A DNA stretch of 63,974 bases, filler included, from Myxococcota bacterium (GTDB lineage: Bacteria; Myxococcota; Myxococcia; Myxococcales; Myxococcaceae): NCBI GenBank assembly GCA_049322255.1. It is 4 parts of 4 records of this genome, joined end to end, with 100 filler letters (N's around TTAATTAATTAA, not from the genome) between each part and the next. Parts side by side here need not be neighbours in the genome. Positions count along the whole stretch, not along the records: positions 38,811 to 57,739 come from JBMORE010000082.1; 3 more parts are not named here. One strand, 5' to 3'. Below are positions 38,711-48,834 of this stretch, in pieces. Numbering within the stretch: position 1 is the first letter of the stretch; every line of letters starts with the position of its first letter. The position numbers were made by a program, and so were the translations under genes. The notes below the pieces were generated by a model. It made no database searches. It was not told where the DNA came from and was given only the letters and a program-made list of their open reading frames with translations.

Positions 38711-38810
38711 NNNNNNNNNNNNNNNNNNNNNNNNNNNNNNNNNNNNNNNNNNNNTTAATTAATTAANNNNNNNNNNNNNNNNNNNNNNNNNNNNNNNNNN
38801 NNNNNNNNNN
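38711..38810. other. Artificial contig spacer
   Basis: N-run flanking TTAATTAATTAA. Confidence 0.99.
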
Positions 38811-38988
38811 CTCGCTGATGCCCAAAATCTGGGCAGCTTCGGCCACTGTCAGCAGCCCCTTGCCTACCCGTTCAACTGCATCCAATCGCTTCCACTCCCG
38901 GTTGCTCAATTTCATCCCTCCCGGTTGCCACTTCGGACCGGAAGTTTTCGCTGAGCATTTACTCGGAAGTTATCGCTGAGCTACAACA
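38811..38988 (-). mobile_element. Left end of a second IS1202-like (ISNCY) element with transposase HTH start
   Basis: Reverse complement of 19330-19455 with a few differences; MKLSNREWKRLDAVERVGKGLLTVAEAAQILGISE. Confidence 0.8.
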
Positions 38989-39053
38989 CCGGAAGACCTC
39001 GATCGGCCAGCGGGAGCGTGGCTTCGCCGTCGTCGGCGTGCCCGAAGAGCCGT

Positions 39054-40829
39054 TCACGGGCTGTTCTTCTGCTCTGCGTCTTCCCAGGCCGCGCCCAGCC
39101 ACTCCTGGAAGGAACTTTTCTGCTGCTCGGTGGGAGTCTCCACCCGGGAAAAATAGATCGCGTCGGCGGGTTTTTGCCCCAGCGGTACGGAGACCTCCAA
39201 CAGCTTGTCCCGGCGGAACACCGTCACCTTGACCACCTCGCCCGGCTTTTTGTCCTCGCAACGTGAGACGAGCGCGCCTCCGTCGACCTTGAACCCGTCG
39301 AGCGCGACGATGTCGTCGTCGGCATAGAGCCCCGCCTCCATCGCCGGCGAGCCTTCGAGCACGGTGGCGATCGTCGCGCTGCCTTTGATGGAAAGGCCTA
39401 GCCAGCCTCTTGCCTTGGGCTCCTTCACCCGCGGCGGGCTGCCACCCTTGTCGCTGGCCGCCTCGCGCACCCGGAAGCGCGCCTCCAGACCCACGTGCGA
39501 GAGCACCGAGTAGTCCAGCTCGTCGGTCGAGCGCAGCGCGCGATCGAAGAACGCCGAGAGGTCCTTGCCCGCCACTTCATTTACTGCTGCCTCCACGCCG
39601 TCCTCCGGCACGCCACGCTCGTCGCCGTAGCGCTTCCACAAGTAGCGCATCACGTCGTCGAGGCTCTTCTGGTCGGAGGTGGCTCGGCGCAGCTCGAGGT
39701 CGAGCAGGAAGGCGACGATCTCTCCCTTGAGGTAGTAGCTGATCGCGCTGTTGGCGGTGTTTTCGTCGGGCCGGTAGTGCTTGATCCACGCGACCATCGA
39801 AGCCTCCGCCAGCGGGAGCACCTTGCGCCCAGGCGTAGAATGCAACGCCGACACCGACTCGCCCAGCCGCTGCAAGTAGCGCGCGGCGCTCATCAGCCCG
39901 GCCCGCCGTACCAACAGGTTGTCGTAGTACGAGGTCACTCCCTCGAATGCCCACAGCAGCCGGGTGTAGTTTTCCTGGCCGTAGTCGAACGGCACCAGCG
40001 CACGTGGCTTGATGCGCTTCACGTTCCACAGATGGAAGTACTCGTGCGCGCACAGAGTGAGGAAGTCCTCCCAGCCCTTGGCGTTGGAAAAGCCGGTGCG
40101 CGGGTAGAGCAACGCGGTCGAGGCCTTGTGCTCCAGCCCTCCGCGGCCCTTGTCGGTCAGGTAGACGAAGAACAGGTAGCGGCGCATCGGCAGCCCACCG
40201 AAGAGCTTTGCCTCCGTCTCGCAGATCTTCGCCAGGTCGCCGACCAGCTTCTCCCGATCGAGCTGGGGGTCACCCCAGAGAATGACTTGGTGCGGCACCC
40301 CAGCAGCAGTGAAGGCCAAGGGCGTGTGCGGGCCGACCTCGAACGGCGAATCGACCAGCTCGTCGTAGTTGGGCGCCACGAACTCGGTGCCTTGGCGGTC
40401 GAGGGCGCAAAAGGCCTCCCAGCCGGAAGGAGGGTGCACGGCCACGCGGTGCTCTGCGCCTCGCAGCGGCTCGGCGTAGAGGAACACCGTGGCGCCGTTG
40501 AAATAGCCGTGCGACCCGTCCAAGTGGCTGGTGCGCACGGTGAGCTCGTTTGCGTACACCTTGTACTTCAGCGTCACCGGGCGCCCCTTCGACGGAACGT
40601 GGAAGCTGCGCTTGTCCAGCCGGGTCACGCTCAGCGCCTCGCCCTGGTCGGACCGCGCGGTCACCTCTTGCAGATGCCGAGCGTACTCACGCACCAGGTA
40701 GCTGCCGGGTGTCCACACCGGTAGCCTCGCCGTCAGCGCCTCGCCCGTCGCCGGGAAAGCCGCTTCGACCTCGAACAAGTGCGAGTGCGGCCGGGGCATC
40801 GAGACCGCGTAACGGACGATGGGAGCCAT
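39054..40829 (-). CDS. M61 glycyl aminopeptidase with PDZ domain
   Basis: PVWTPGSYLVREYA, GGLEH, HEYFHLWNVKRI, EGVTSYY, YYLKG, C-terminal PDZ. Confidence 0.95.
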   Translation of the reverse strand: MAPIVRYAVSMPRPHSHLFEVEAAFPATGEALTARLPVWTPGSYLVREYARHLQEVTARSDQGEALSVTRLDKRSFHVPSKGRPVTLKYKVYANELTVRTSHLDGSHGYFNGATVFLYAEPLRGAEHRVAVHPPSGWEAFCALDRQGTEFVAPNYDELVDSPFEVGPHTPLAFTAAGVPHQVILWGDPQLDREKLVGDLAKICETEAKLFGGLPMRRYLFFVYLTDKGRGGLEHKASTALLYPRTGFSNAKGWEDFLTLCAHEYFHLWNVKRIKPRALVPFDYGQENYTRLLWAFEGVTSYYDNLLVRRAGLMSAARYLQRLGESVSALHSTPGRKVLPLAEASMVAWIKHYRPDENTANSAISYYLKGEIVAFLLDLELRRATSDQKSLDDVMRYLWKRYGDERGVPEDGVEAAVNEVAGKDLSAFFDRALRSTDELDYSVLSHVGLEARFRVREAASDKGGSPPRVKEPKARGWLGLSIKGSATIATVLEGSPAMEAGLYADDDIVALDGFKVDGGALVSRCEDKKPGEVVKVTVFRRDKLLEVSVPLGQKPADAIYFSRVETPTEQQKSSFQEWLGAAWEDAEQKNSP

Positions 40830-40955
40830 GCGTTTTCTCTAGCGCACCCCTCGTAGGCGAAGAACCCAAATCGCCATGTGCTCTAATCACCTGCAAATGA
40901 GTCAATCCGTTTGCTACTAGAGGGAGCGTCAGAGGCTGATGCTAATTGGCGGTGA

Positions 40956-41876
40956 ATGAAGCACGCGCTTGAGTCGTTGCGCTCTCTTGCCCGCCGGCAG
41001 CACGGGGTGTTTCACCGCTCGCAGGCGCTGGCGGCGGGGCTTGGTCGAATGACCTTGCTTCGGGGGGCGCATTCGGGCCGGTGGCGGCGGGTGCACCCAG
41101 GCGTCTACGCTCTTCCCGGCGCTGTGCCGACGGTCGAGCAGCGGCTGATGGCGGCCCTTTTGTGGCTGGGTGACGAGGCAGTGGTTTCGCACCGTTCAGC
41201 GGCGAGGCTTTGGGGTCTTTGGGGGGCGGAGCTCGAGGCTGTGGAGGTGACGGCCAAGATGGAGTGGTCGATGCGCTGTCAGGGAGTGATGGTGCATCGG
41301 AGCGGGGACCTGGGTGAGGAAGATCGGCGGGTGGTCGACGGGTTCAAGGTGACGAGCCTGGCGCGCACCCTGGTAGACGTCTCCTCGTGCATACCGGAGG
41401 AAGCATTGGCGTTGATGCTGGAGAGCGCCTGGAAGAGCAAGAGCGGGCTGCTCGACTGGCTCGAACGGCGGCTGAGCCAGTTGGGGCACCGGCGTGGGGT
41501 CGGCGTTCTGAAGAAGCTCGTTTCTCAATGCCGTTGGCGCAGGCGGCCCATGGACAGCCCGCTGGAGGTGCGGTTGTGGCGGAGCTTGGTGGCGGCGGAG
41601 TTACCCTGGCCACGGGTGGGCACGCCCTTTGAGGACGACGAGGACCACCCGGGGAGGCTCGACCTGTCTTACCCCGAGCACCGCCTGGCGCTCGAGGCGC
41701 ACGGTTGGGAGTTTCACCGGACGAGAGAGAGTTTCGAGCGGGACTGCCGCCGGCAGTCCCGGCTGGCAGCGTTGGGTTGGAGAATCATTCACGTCACGTC
41801 GAGGGAGCTCGACACGCGGAAGGAAGACGTCATCGACCGGGTGCGCCGCGCGATGGGGGAAGCGACGAGCGTTTAA
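40956..41876 (+). CDS. AbiEi-type N-terminal domain + DUF559-like nuclease protein
   Basis: ARRQHGVF.R.Q, RVHPGVY, SHRSAARLWG, TSLARTLVD, SPLE, RLDLSYP..LALEAHG..FH. Confidence 0.85.
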   Translation: MKHALESLRSLARRQHGVFHRSQALAAGLGRMTLLRGAHSGRWRRVHPGVYALPGAVPTVEQRLMAALLWLGDEAVVSHRSAARLWGLWGAELEAVEVTAKMEWSMRCQGVMVHRSGDLGEEDRRVVDGFKVTSLARTLVDVSSCIPEEALALMLESAWKSKSGLLDWLERRLSQLGHRRGVGVLKKLVSQCRWRRRPMDSPLEVRLWRSLVAAELPWPRVGTPFEDDEDHPGRLDLSYPEHRLALEAHGWEFHRTRESFERDCRRQSRLAALGWRIIHVTSRELDTRKEDVIDRVRRAMGEATSV

Positions 41877-42895
41877 GCGAAGAGCTTGCCGCGCTTGATG
41901 CGCACCCCCAGCTGCTGACCAGGCCGGACGTCGACGGTGGGCCCGACGGCGCGCAAAAGATGGTTGCCCAAGGGGAAACGGTACTCGGTGGCGCTCCCGA
42001 GAAAGAGGCGAGCCGAGAGCGTCAGTGGAGTGCCTCCGTCACCCACCGCGAGGTCTTCCGGGCGCACCACGAGGGTGGCGCTTCCGTCCGATGGCGCGAG
42101 GTCAGCTGGGAGCTCGAGTGCCACGTTGGCGGTGGTGAACCGCCTACCGGCGACCTCTCCCTTCACCACGTTGGCGCCGCCCACGAAACCAGCGACGAAG
42201 GGGGTGGCGGGGTCGGCATAGAGGCGGTCGGGCCGATCGAGCTGTTCGATGATTCCTCCGTTCATCACCGCGATGCGGTCTGACAGCGCCAGTGCCTCGC
42301 TCTGATCATGGGTGACGTAGACCATCGTCGTGCCCAGCCGAGCGCGCAAGGCGGCGATCTCAGCGCGCAGCTCCTCGCGCAGGGCGGCGTCGAGGTTGGA
42401 GAGCGGCTCATCGAGGAGCAGCACCTGGGGCCCGGCGACCAGCGCACGTGCCAGGGCCACCCGTTGCAGCTGTCCTCCAGAGAGCGCGTGCGGCATGCGG
42501 TCTCGGTACGCTTCCATCCGCACCCACCCCAGCGCCTCGCGCACCCGCGCTTCGACTTCCGCACGGGGAGCGCTCCGGAGCCGAAGGGGGTAGGCGACGT
42601 TCTGTGCCACGCTCAGGTGGGGCCAGATGGCGTAGCTCTGAAACACCATGCCCAGCCCGCGGCGTTCGGGGGGGAGGTGGGTGGCAGGTCCGTCGACCTC
42701 GGCGCCTCCGACTACGATGCGGCCAGCGTCGGGACGCTCGAGCCCGGCAATCATCCGCAAGGTGGTGGTCTTGCCGCAGCCCGAGGGGCCGAGCAGCGAC
42801 AAAAGCTCGCCCGCGCCGATGGTCAGCGAAAGGCCCTTCACCACCCGGGTGGCGCCATACGACTTTTCGATCGCCGAAAGCTCGATGCCTGCCAT
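41873..42895 (-). CDS. Fe3+/polyamine-type ABC transporter ATPase
   Basis: GPSGCGKTT, LSGGQLQRVALARAL, DEPLSNLD, TOBE domain. Confidence 0.93.
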   Translation of the reverse strand: MAGIELSAIEKSYGATRVVKGLSLTIGAGELLSLLGPSGCGKTTTLRMIAGLERPDAGRIVVGGAEVDGPATHLPPERRGLGMVFQSYAIWPHLSVAQNVAYPLRLRSAPRAEVEARVREALGWVRMEAYRDRMPHALSGGQLQRVALARALVAGPQVLLLDEPLSNLDAALREELRAEIAALRARLGTTMVYVTHDQSEALALSDRIAVMNGGIIEQLDRPDRLYADPATPFVAGFVGGANVVKGEVAGRRFTTANVALELPADLAPSDGSATLVVRPEDLAVGDGGTPLTLSARLFLGSATEYRFPLGNHLLRAVGPTVDVRPGQQLGVRIKRGKLFA

Positions 42896-42897
42896 GG

Positions 42898-44571
42898 TCA
42901 CCCCACTCGCGCTTCCCGGTGGCGGACGAGCGCCAGGGCTCCGGTGGCTCCCAGCACCAGCACCACGAAGGCGCAGGCGAGCACCGCCGCCGACGCGGGG
43001 TCGGCGTAGGTCTGCAGCTCGAAGAGCAGCGTGCCCAAGACGTCCTGCCCGGTCGGTACCAGGAGCACCGACATGGTGAGCTCGGTGGCGCAGGAAAGAA
43101 ACGCCAGCACGAAGGCGGAGACGGCGGCGGGTCGGAGCAGGGGCAGGGTGGCGTCGAAAAATGCGCGGGCCCGCGGGGCGCCGAAGACACGGGCCGCCTC
43201 TGCGAGGGAGGGGTCGACTTGGCTCAAGCTTTCAGAAAGGTTGCGCCCGCCCAGAACGAGGTGTTTGCCGGCGTAGGCGACGAGCAGCATCCACGCCGAG
43301 TTGCCCAGCGCGAGCACCAACGCCACCCGTTCCCAGAGCACCAAGCGCAGGTCGCGCGAGAAGGTGGCCAGAAGCGCGATGGCGAGCACGGTGCCGGGGA
43401 CGGCATAGGGCCAGGCGGCGAGCGTTTCGACCATCCGCCCTGCGCGCCCCAGGTGCTTTCTGGCCAGCGCCACGCCCAGCCCGAACAGACAGACGAGCGC
43501 GGCCGCGGCGGCGGCGAGCCAGAGGCTGCGAGCTGCGGCGCTCAAGGTGCGCGGGCTGGCGAGCACCGTTCCCCAGTGGGCGAAGGTGAAGGACTCCAGC
43601 GAGAGGGGCGCCCCGAAGGAGCGCTGAACCGAGGTGAGGAACACCGCGACGAGGGGTAAGACGACCAGCAGAGCGGCAGCGGCGAAGGCGAGAGCGCACA
43701 GGGGGGCTCGCCAGGTGTGCAGAGGCATTCTCCGTTTGGGCACGCCTTTGCCGGCGGCGAGCTTGACCCGCCCGGTGCGTCCCAAAAGCTGGTTGAGCAA
43801 GAGCAGCGCCGAGGCGAGCGCGAGGAGCACCGCCGAGAGCGCGAGCGCGCGGGCGAGGTTCTGTTCGCCGCCCAAGAGCACCTGGCCGTAGATGCGGGTG
43901 GTGAGCACCTGAGTGGGGGGCGAGGCGGTGACGCCCAACAGGTAAGGAACACCGAAAGCCGAGGCGGCGAAGAGAAACACCAGCACCGCTCCCGAGAGGA
44001 AGGAGGGGAGGGCCAACGGCACCGACACCGAGGCGAGCGCGCGCAAGGGCCCTGCGCCGAAGAGCCGAGCGGCTTCTTCCAGCGAGGGGTCGAGGCGGGA
44101 AAGGGCGGCGCCTCCGGTGAGCACCACCAGCGGCAGCCCGGCGCTGCCGAGGACGAAGGCAATGCCAAAGCCCCCATAGATGTCGATGACGCCCTCGCCG
44201 AAAAGGCGGTTCAAAAACCCAGCGCGCGGGTTGGCGAGCGACACCCAGCCCATGCCCCAGATGAACGGGGGTATCGCCGAAGGAAGAGTGAAGAGGGCAG
44301 CGAGCACCTTGCGCCCGGGCAGGTCGGTGCGGAACAGGAGCACCGACAGCGGCAAGCCCACCGCGAGGGAAAAGAGCGCCGCGCCCGTCGAGGTGGTCAC
44401 CGTGTTGAGAATGGCCGAGCGGTTCTCCGCCGACCAAAGCTCGGCGAGCGCGCTTTCATCGAGGAGGAGAAGGCTTTTGGCCACCAAGAACACCACCGGA
44501 CCTACCGCGAAGAGCAGCACCGGCAAGGTGACCGCCAGACCACCGGCGATGTCTGGGAGCCTTCCGCGCAT
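42898..44571 (-). CDS. Iron ABC transporter permease (FbpB-like)
   Basis: Two DPSL(E/A)EAAR..GA loops, about 12 TM. Confidence 0.9.
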   Translation of the reverse strand: MRGRLPDIAGGLAVTLPVLLFAVGPVVFLVAKSLLLLDESALAELWSAENRSAILNTVTTSTGAALFSLAVGLPLSVLLFRTDLPGRKVLAALFTLPSAIPPFIWGMGWVSLANPRAGFLNRLFGEGVIDIYGGFGIAFVLGSAGLPLVVLTGGAALSRLDPSLEEAARLFGAGPLRALASVSVPLALPSFLSGAVLVFLFAASAFGVPYLLGVTASPPTQVLTTRIYGQVLLGGEQNLARALALSAVLLALASALLLLNQLLGRTGRVKLAAGKGVPKRRMPLHTWRAPLCALAFAAAALLVVLPLVAVFLTSVQRSFGAPLSLESFTFAHWGTVLASPRTLSAAARSLWLAAAAAALVCLFGLGVALARKHLGRAGRMVETLAAWPYAVPGTVLAIALLATFSRDLRLVLWERVALVLALGNSAWMLLVAYAGKHLVLGGRNLSESLSQVDPSLAEAARVFGAPRARAFFDATLPLLRPAAVSAFVLAFLSCATELTMSVLLVPTGQDVLGTLLFELQTYADPASAAVLACAFVVLVLGATGALALVRHREARVG

Positions 44572-44575
44572 CGTT

Positions 44576-45622
44576 TTAGTGGGCGAACGCCTGGCTGAAG
44601 GAATGTTTCACCTCGGCGCCGCCCTCGACCCCTCGCGCGAGGGTGACCTCGTCCCACGGCTGGCTCTTCTCCAACAGCTCGGCCAGCCCCAAGAGCCCAC
44701 GCGGGCCGCTCAGGCGTGGATCCACCGCGTGCATGTCGCCCTGGCGGACGATGATCTCCTGCCCTTGGGCGGACAGGATCAGGTCGACCAACGCCTTGGC
44801 CGCCACCGGGTTACGGCTGGAAGCGAAGATCGCCGCGTGCCCGGGGATGAGGATGGCTCCATCTTCGGGCACGGCGAAGTCGATCGGGCTTCCTTTGGCC
44901 TTGGCGGCGAGCGCGTTCTCGAGCAGCACCACCCCCGCCTTGGCCTCACCGCCCTCGATTTTCTGAAGCACCGCGGCATTTCCCCCGGCCACGCGGGCGC
45001 CGTTGCGGCGCAGCGCTTCGAAGAAAACGCCGCCATGCTGCTTCTCCATGAACACCGCCCAGGTGAACCCGGTGCCCGAGGTGAGCGGGTCGCCCAGCAC
45101 CACCTCGTCCTTCCACCCGGGCTCGGCGAGCTCGGCGAAGCGCTTGGGCGGCGTCACGCCGGCTCGGTGCACGAGCACCATCGTCGACAGCCGGCACGCG
45201 GCGAAGTTCCCGTCGAGGTCGAGGAGCGCGCGTGGAATGCGCAAAGCGTTGGCAGAGGCGTAGCGCAACCACTTGCCTTCTTTCTTGAGCCGCTCGTAGA
45301 GAAAAGGGTCGGAGGTGAGAAGCACGTCCGCCTGGGTGCCGCCTGCGGAAAGCTCGGCCTCGAGCCGGCCGGCGACTTTTTCGCTGCCCGCCTGGTACCA
45401 ATGAACGGTGACGTCGGGCAGGGCCTTCTTCACCACTGGCTCGAGCGCATCCACCACGTGGCGGTACATCGAGGTGTACACCCAGAGCTCTCCGGCCGGA
45501 GCGTCGGGTTTGGCGCAGGCGGTGGGGGAGGAACCGGGCGCGGCCGATTCGATGCGGCACCCCAGCATGAACACGAGCATGCCGGCGGTGGCCAAGAGGG
45601 GCTGATGGAAGGGCCGCGACAC
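44576..45622 (-). CDS. ABC transporter substrate-binding lipoprotein (Fe3+/thiamine type)
   Basis: Lipobox MLGC; LWVYTSM, RLEAE, ADV, DPLTSGT, PEDG. Confidence 0.88.
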   Translation of the reverse strand: MSRPFHQPLLATAGMLVFMLGCRIESAAPGSSPTACAKPDAPAGELWVYTSMYRHVVDALEPVVKKALPDVTVHWYQAGSEKVAGRLEAELSAGGTQADVLLTSDPFLYERLKKEGKWLRYASANALRIPRALLDLDGNFAACRLSTMVLVHRAGVTPPKRFAELAEPGWKDEVVLGDPLTSGTGFTWAVFMEKQHGGVFFEALRRNGARVAGGNAAVLQKIEGGEAKAGVVLLENALAAKAKGSPIDFAVPEDGAILIPGHAAIFASSRNPVAAKALVDLILSAQGQEIIVRQGDMHAVDPRLSGPRGLLGLAELLEKSQPWDEVTLARGVEGGAEVKHSFSQAFAH

Positions 45623-45709
45623 GGGCGCCGGTGATATCCGACTTGGCCCGGCTTCGAAACAGAACACGGCTTGACGTGCGCCCTGGAGGTTGGGCACCCT
45701 GCCTGCGCG

Positions 45710-46774
45710 ATGCACGGCAACACCGGTGAATGGCAGGTTCCTCTGGCCAGCGATGTCTTCGAGGCGCGCCCGCTCGTTGCGCGCGCGCTGGCGGAGGTGT
45801 GGCGGTTCCTCCCCGTGTGGATGTACCTCATCTACGCCTGCCTGCTCCTCAACACCCAGCTGACCAACTTCGATCCGCCCCGCGCCGACCTGGCGCACAC
45901 CGTCGTCTTCCCGGTGGCGGTGTTCATCGTCTTCTACGTGGTGAGGGCCCACCGGGCGCCCGAGGTGGGCCACCGGGGCTTCATGCTCGCCGTCACCGTG
46001 GGGCTCGCGCTGGGGCTGCCGTTGCTCAATGTGAGCTATCACCGGCCCTCTCCGCTTTCGATCGAGACCTTGCGGGTGGTGTACGAGCTGTCGAACTTCG
46101 TGTGGGCGGGTTTGCTCCTTTTGCACGCCTACCGCCGGCACAAGAGCCACGCGGTGCTCCTTTTCGGGGCTGGCCTCTTCTACGGGGCGTGCCTGGAAAA
46201 CGGAGGCATTTGGCTCGGCTACTTCCACGAGGCCCATCTGGACTTGACGGTGGTTCCTCCACTTCTGGCGCCGGCGGCGACCATGGTCGGTTGGTGCGTG
46301 GTGCTCTACATGGCGATGTTCCTCGTGTGGCGCTTGCGGGAGTGGCTGCCCACGCTGCGCCGCTCGGCGGCGCTCTCGGCGCTCGCGGTCGGTGGGGTGG
46401 CGGTGCTGCTCGATTTGCAGATCGACCCTTTGGCCACCGCGGCCGGCTGCTGGGTGTGGAATGAGACGCTCCCCGGCTGGTTTCACGGGGTGCCGCTGGT
46501 GAACTTCGTCGCCTGGGTGTGCGCGCTCAGCGCGTTCGCCTACTTCACCTTCCGGGTGCAGACGCTCGAACGCCTGCGCGACGGCGGCCCCTGGACCGGA
46601 CGGGCCTTACGCTTCATGTTCCTCGCGGTGCCGGCGATTCTCGGGCTGGCCGCGGTCTTGTTCCTGGCGGGCATCGGGCTTCTCGAGGGCTTCAGCGGGC
46701 CGTCATGGGCGGTGCTGTTCCGCTTCGCCGACCAGCTCGCGCTCCCTCTCCCTTGGGGAGAGGGTGGGGGGTGA
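45710..46774 (+). CDS. DUF422/CruF-like (carotenoid biosynthesis family) membrane protein
   Basis: GACLENGG, GW, DLQIDP, W.W, GVPLVNFVAW. Confidence 0.7.
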   Translation: MHGNTGEWQVPLASDVFEARPLVARALAEVWRFLPVWMYLIYACLLLNTQLTNFDPPRADLAHTVVFPVAVFIVFYVVRAHRAPEVGHRGFMLAVTVGLALGLPLLNVSYHRPSPLSIETLRVVYELSNFVWAGLLLLHAYRRHKSHAVLLFGAGLFYGACLENGGIWLGYFHEAHLDLTVVPPLLAPAATMVGWCVVLYMAMFLVWRLREWLPTLRRSAALSALAVGGVAVLLDLQIDPLATAAGCWVWNETLPGWFHGVPLVNFVAWVCALSAFAYFTFRVQTLERLRDGGPWTGRALRFMFLAVPAILGLAAVLFLAGIGLLEGFSGPSWAVLFRFADQLALPLPWGEGGG

Positions 46775-48097
46775 GGGAAGGTTTCTTTTCACCAGCACGG
46801 CGCCGAAGAAACCATCGGTACCGTGCACGTGGGGAAACAGCCGCAGGCAGCCGTCGCGCGAAACCTTCGCCCCCAGCGCTGGCCCCAAGTCTTCGCTCAC
46901 CGGGCGAAGCGCGAAGTCGGCGTGGGTGGAAAGAAAACCCTCCACCACCTCCTCGTTCTCCGTTCGTAAGAGGCTGCAGGTGCCGTACACCAGTCGCCCG
47001 CCGGGTTTCACCAGGGTGGCGAAGCGGGCCAAGAGCGCCTTTTGCCGCTCGACGTGGAGCTGAAGCTCCTCGGGAGTCAGCCGGTAGCGCGCGTCGGGCT
47101 TGCGCCGGAACGTCCCCGAGCCGCTGCACGGCGCGTCGACCAGCACCCGGCCGGCCTTCGCCTCCAAGTCGGTGAGCGCCGCCAAGGCCTCCTCGCCGGT
47201 GGGAATCAGCCGGGCCCGCACGTTGTGCACCCCTGCGCGGCGCGCGCGCTTCTTGAGCGCCTCGAGCCGCACCTCGTCGATGTCCAGGGCGAAGAGCTCT
47301 CCGCGGTTCTTCATCTGCGCCGCCAGCTGGAGCGTCTTTCCCCCCGCCCCGGCGCAGGCGTCGACCACCTTGGTCGGCGGCGCGTCAACCAGCATGCCCA
47401 ACAGCTGGCTGCCCTCGTCCTGCAGCTCGAAGAGCCCCTCCTTGAACGCGGGGAGGGAGAAGGCGTTGAGCCGCGTGTCGAGCCAAAGGCCGAAAGGGGA
47501 GAGCGGGGTTTCGCGGCACTCCACCCCTTCGGTGCGTAACCGGGCGATGAGCGCGGGGCGGTCCGTCTTCAGGGTGTTCACCCGCGCGCACAGAGGAGCG
47601 CGCTCGTTCATCGCCTCGGCGGCGGCGTAGGCCTCCTTCCCCAGCTCGGCGAGGAAGAGCTCGGCCAGAAAATCGGGGAGCGAGGCCGTCACCCCCAGGC
47701 GCGTGGGCTCAGGGAGGGTGGCGAGGGCGGCGTTCGCGGCTCCCAGGCGGTCGAGAACGGCGGCGTCCCCTCCCAGCGTCAGGGACTTGGCCACCTGGCG
47801 AGGCGCCTGCCCTTCGAGCACACCGACGGCGGCGAAGCGCAACAAGTCTTGCCGGGTGGTGGGAAGCTGGCGGAAGTCGGGGCGCGCTCGCTCGAGCAGA
47901 AAATCCACTGTGCGTTGGCGGCGCAAGAGCGCGTAGACCCGCTCCGCCACCGCCCGCCGCTCGTTCGAGTAGAGGTGGCGCTTGTGGCGCAACGTGAGCT
48001 CGAGCGCTCGATCTGCCAGCCGCCCCTCGTGCCGCACCGAGCCGTACGCCTCGAGGCAGGCGGCAGTCACCAGGTCTTCGCGCAGCGGCCGCTTCAC
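46703..48097 (-). CDS. RsmB/NOP family RNA m5C methyltransferase
   Basis: RVNTLK, QDEGSQ, DACAGAGGKT, VDAPCSGSG, YGTCS, TDGFF. Confidence 0.93.
   Translation of the reverse strand: MKRPLREDLVTAACLEAYGSVRHEGRLADRALELTLRHKRHLYSNERRAVAERVYALLRRQRTVDFLLERARPDFRQLPTTRQDLLRFAAVGVLEGQAPRQVAKSLTLGGDAAVLDRLGAANAALATLPEPTRLGVTASLPDFLAELFLAELGKEAYAAAEAMNERAPLCARVNTLKTDRPALIARLRTEGVECRETPLSPFGLWLDTRLNAFSLPAFKEGLFELQDEGSQLLGMLVDAPPTKVVDACAGAGGKTLQLAAQMKNRGELFALDIDEVRLEALKKRARRAGVHNVRARLIPTGEEALAALTDLEAKAGRVLVDAPCSGSGTFRRKPDARYRLTPEELQLHVERQKALLARFATLVKPGGRLVYGTCSLLRTENEEVVEGFLSTHADFALRPVSEDLGPALGAKVSRDGCLRLFPHVHGTDGFFGAVLVKRNLPSPPTLSPRERERELVGEAEQHRP
46744..46777 (-). repeat. REP-like palindromic element (second copy)
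   Basis: Reverse complement CCCTCACCCCCCACCCTCTCCC-CAA-GGGAGAGGG in the overlap of two convergent genes. Confidence 0.75.
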
Positions 48098-48176
48098 CTG
48101 GGCCGTCCTTGACAGAGAAAGGGGCGCTCATTATGTCCCCCGCGCACTTCAACCCGAATTCTTTTGGAGGTTTTTC

Positions 48177-48698
48177 ATGCTGATGGTCGGTCAGAAGGCG
48201 CCTGAGTTCGCGCTCGACGCAGTGATTGGCAAGGGTGACTTCAAGAAGGTTTCGCTCTCCGACTACAAGGGCAAGTGGGTAGTGCTGTTCTTCTACCCGC
48301 TGGACTTCACCTTCGTCTGCCCCACCGAGATCCAGGAGTTCTCCAAGCGCGAGGGAGAGTTCAAGAAGCTCAACGGCGTGGTGCTCGGCTGCTCGGTCGA
48401 CTCCAAGCACTCGCACAAGGCGTGGATCAACGGCACCTTGGGCGAGCTGCACTACCCCCTGCTCTCTGATTTCAACAAGGAAGTCTCGCGCAAGTACGGC
48501 GCGCTCATGGAGGACGCCGGCTTTTCCACCCGGGCCACCTTCATCGTCGACCCTGAGGGAACGGTGCAGTACGCCCTCTACCACAACACCAACGTCGGCC
48601 GTTCGGTGGGCGAAACCTTGCGCGTGCTCGATGCGCTGCAGACCGGCGAGCGCTGCCCGGTGGAGTGGAAAAAGGGCGAGAAGACCCTGGGCAAGTAG
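48177..48698 (+). CDS. ahpC: 2-Cys peroxiredoxin (AhpC/TSA)
   Basis: FFYPLDFTFVCPTE, GRSV, CPVEW. Confidence 0.93.
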   Translation: MLMVGQKAPEFALDAVIGKGDFKKVSLSDYKGKWVVLFFYPLDFTFVCPTEIQEFSKREGEFKKLNGVVLGCSVDSKHSHKAWINGTLGELHYPLLSDFNKEVSRKYGALMEDAGFSTRATFIVDPEGTVQYALYHNTNVGRSVGETLRVLDALQTGERCPVEWKKGEKTLGK

Positions 48699-48834
48699 GA
48701 CGTAAGCGCTGAAAAACATTGCCGAAACCAACGCGCGAACCGTGGGGGGCGTTCTTGGCCTGACCGCCCTTCTCGCCTAACATTCGCCGCTCTTGGAGCC
48801 GCTTTGGGCGCCTCCCCCCATGATGCGGGCGGGA

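Noticed and set aside
19330..38988. Inverted IS ends apparently bracketing contig 2 as a composite transposon
   Set aside because: The ends belong to contigs 1 and 3; the bracketing results from contig concatenation
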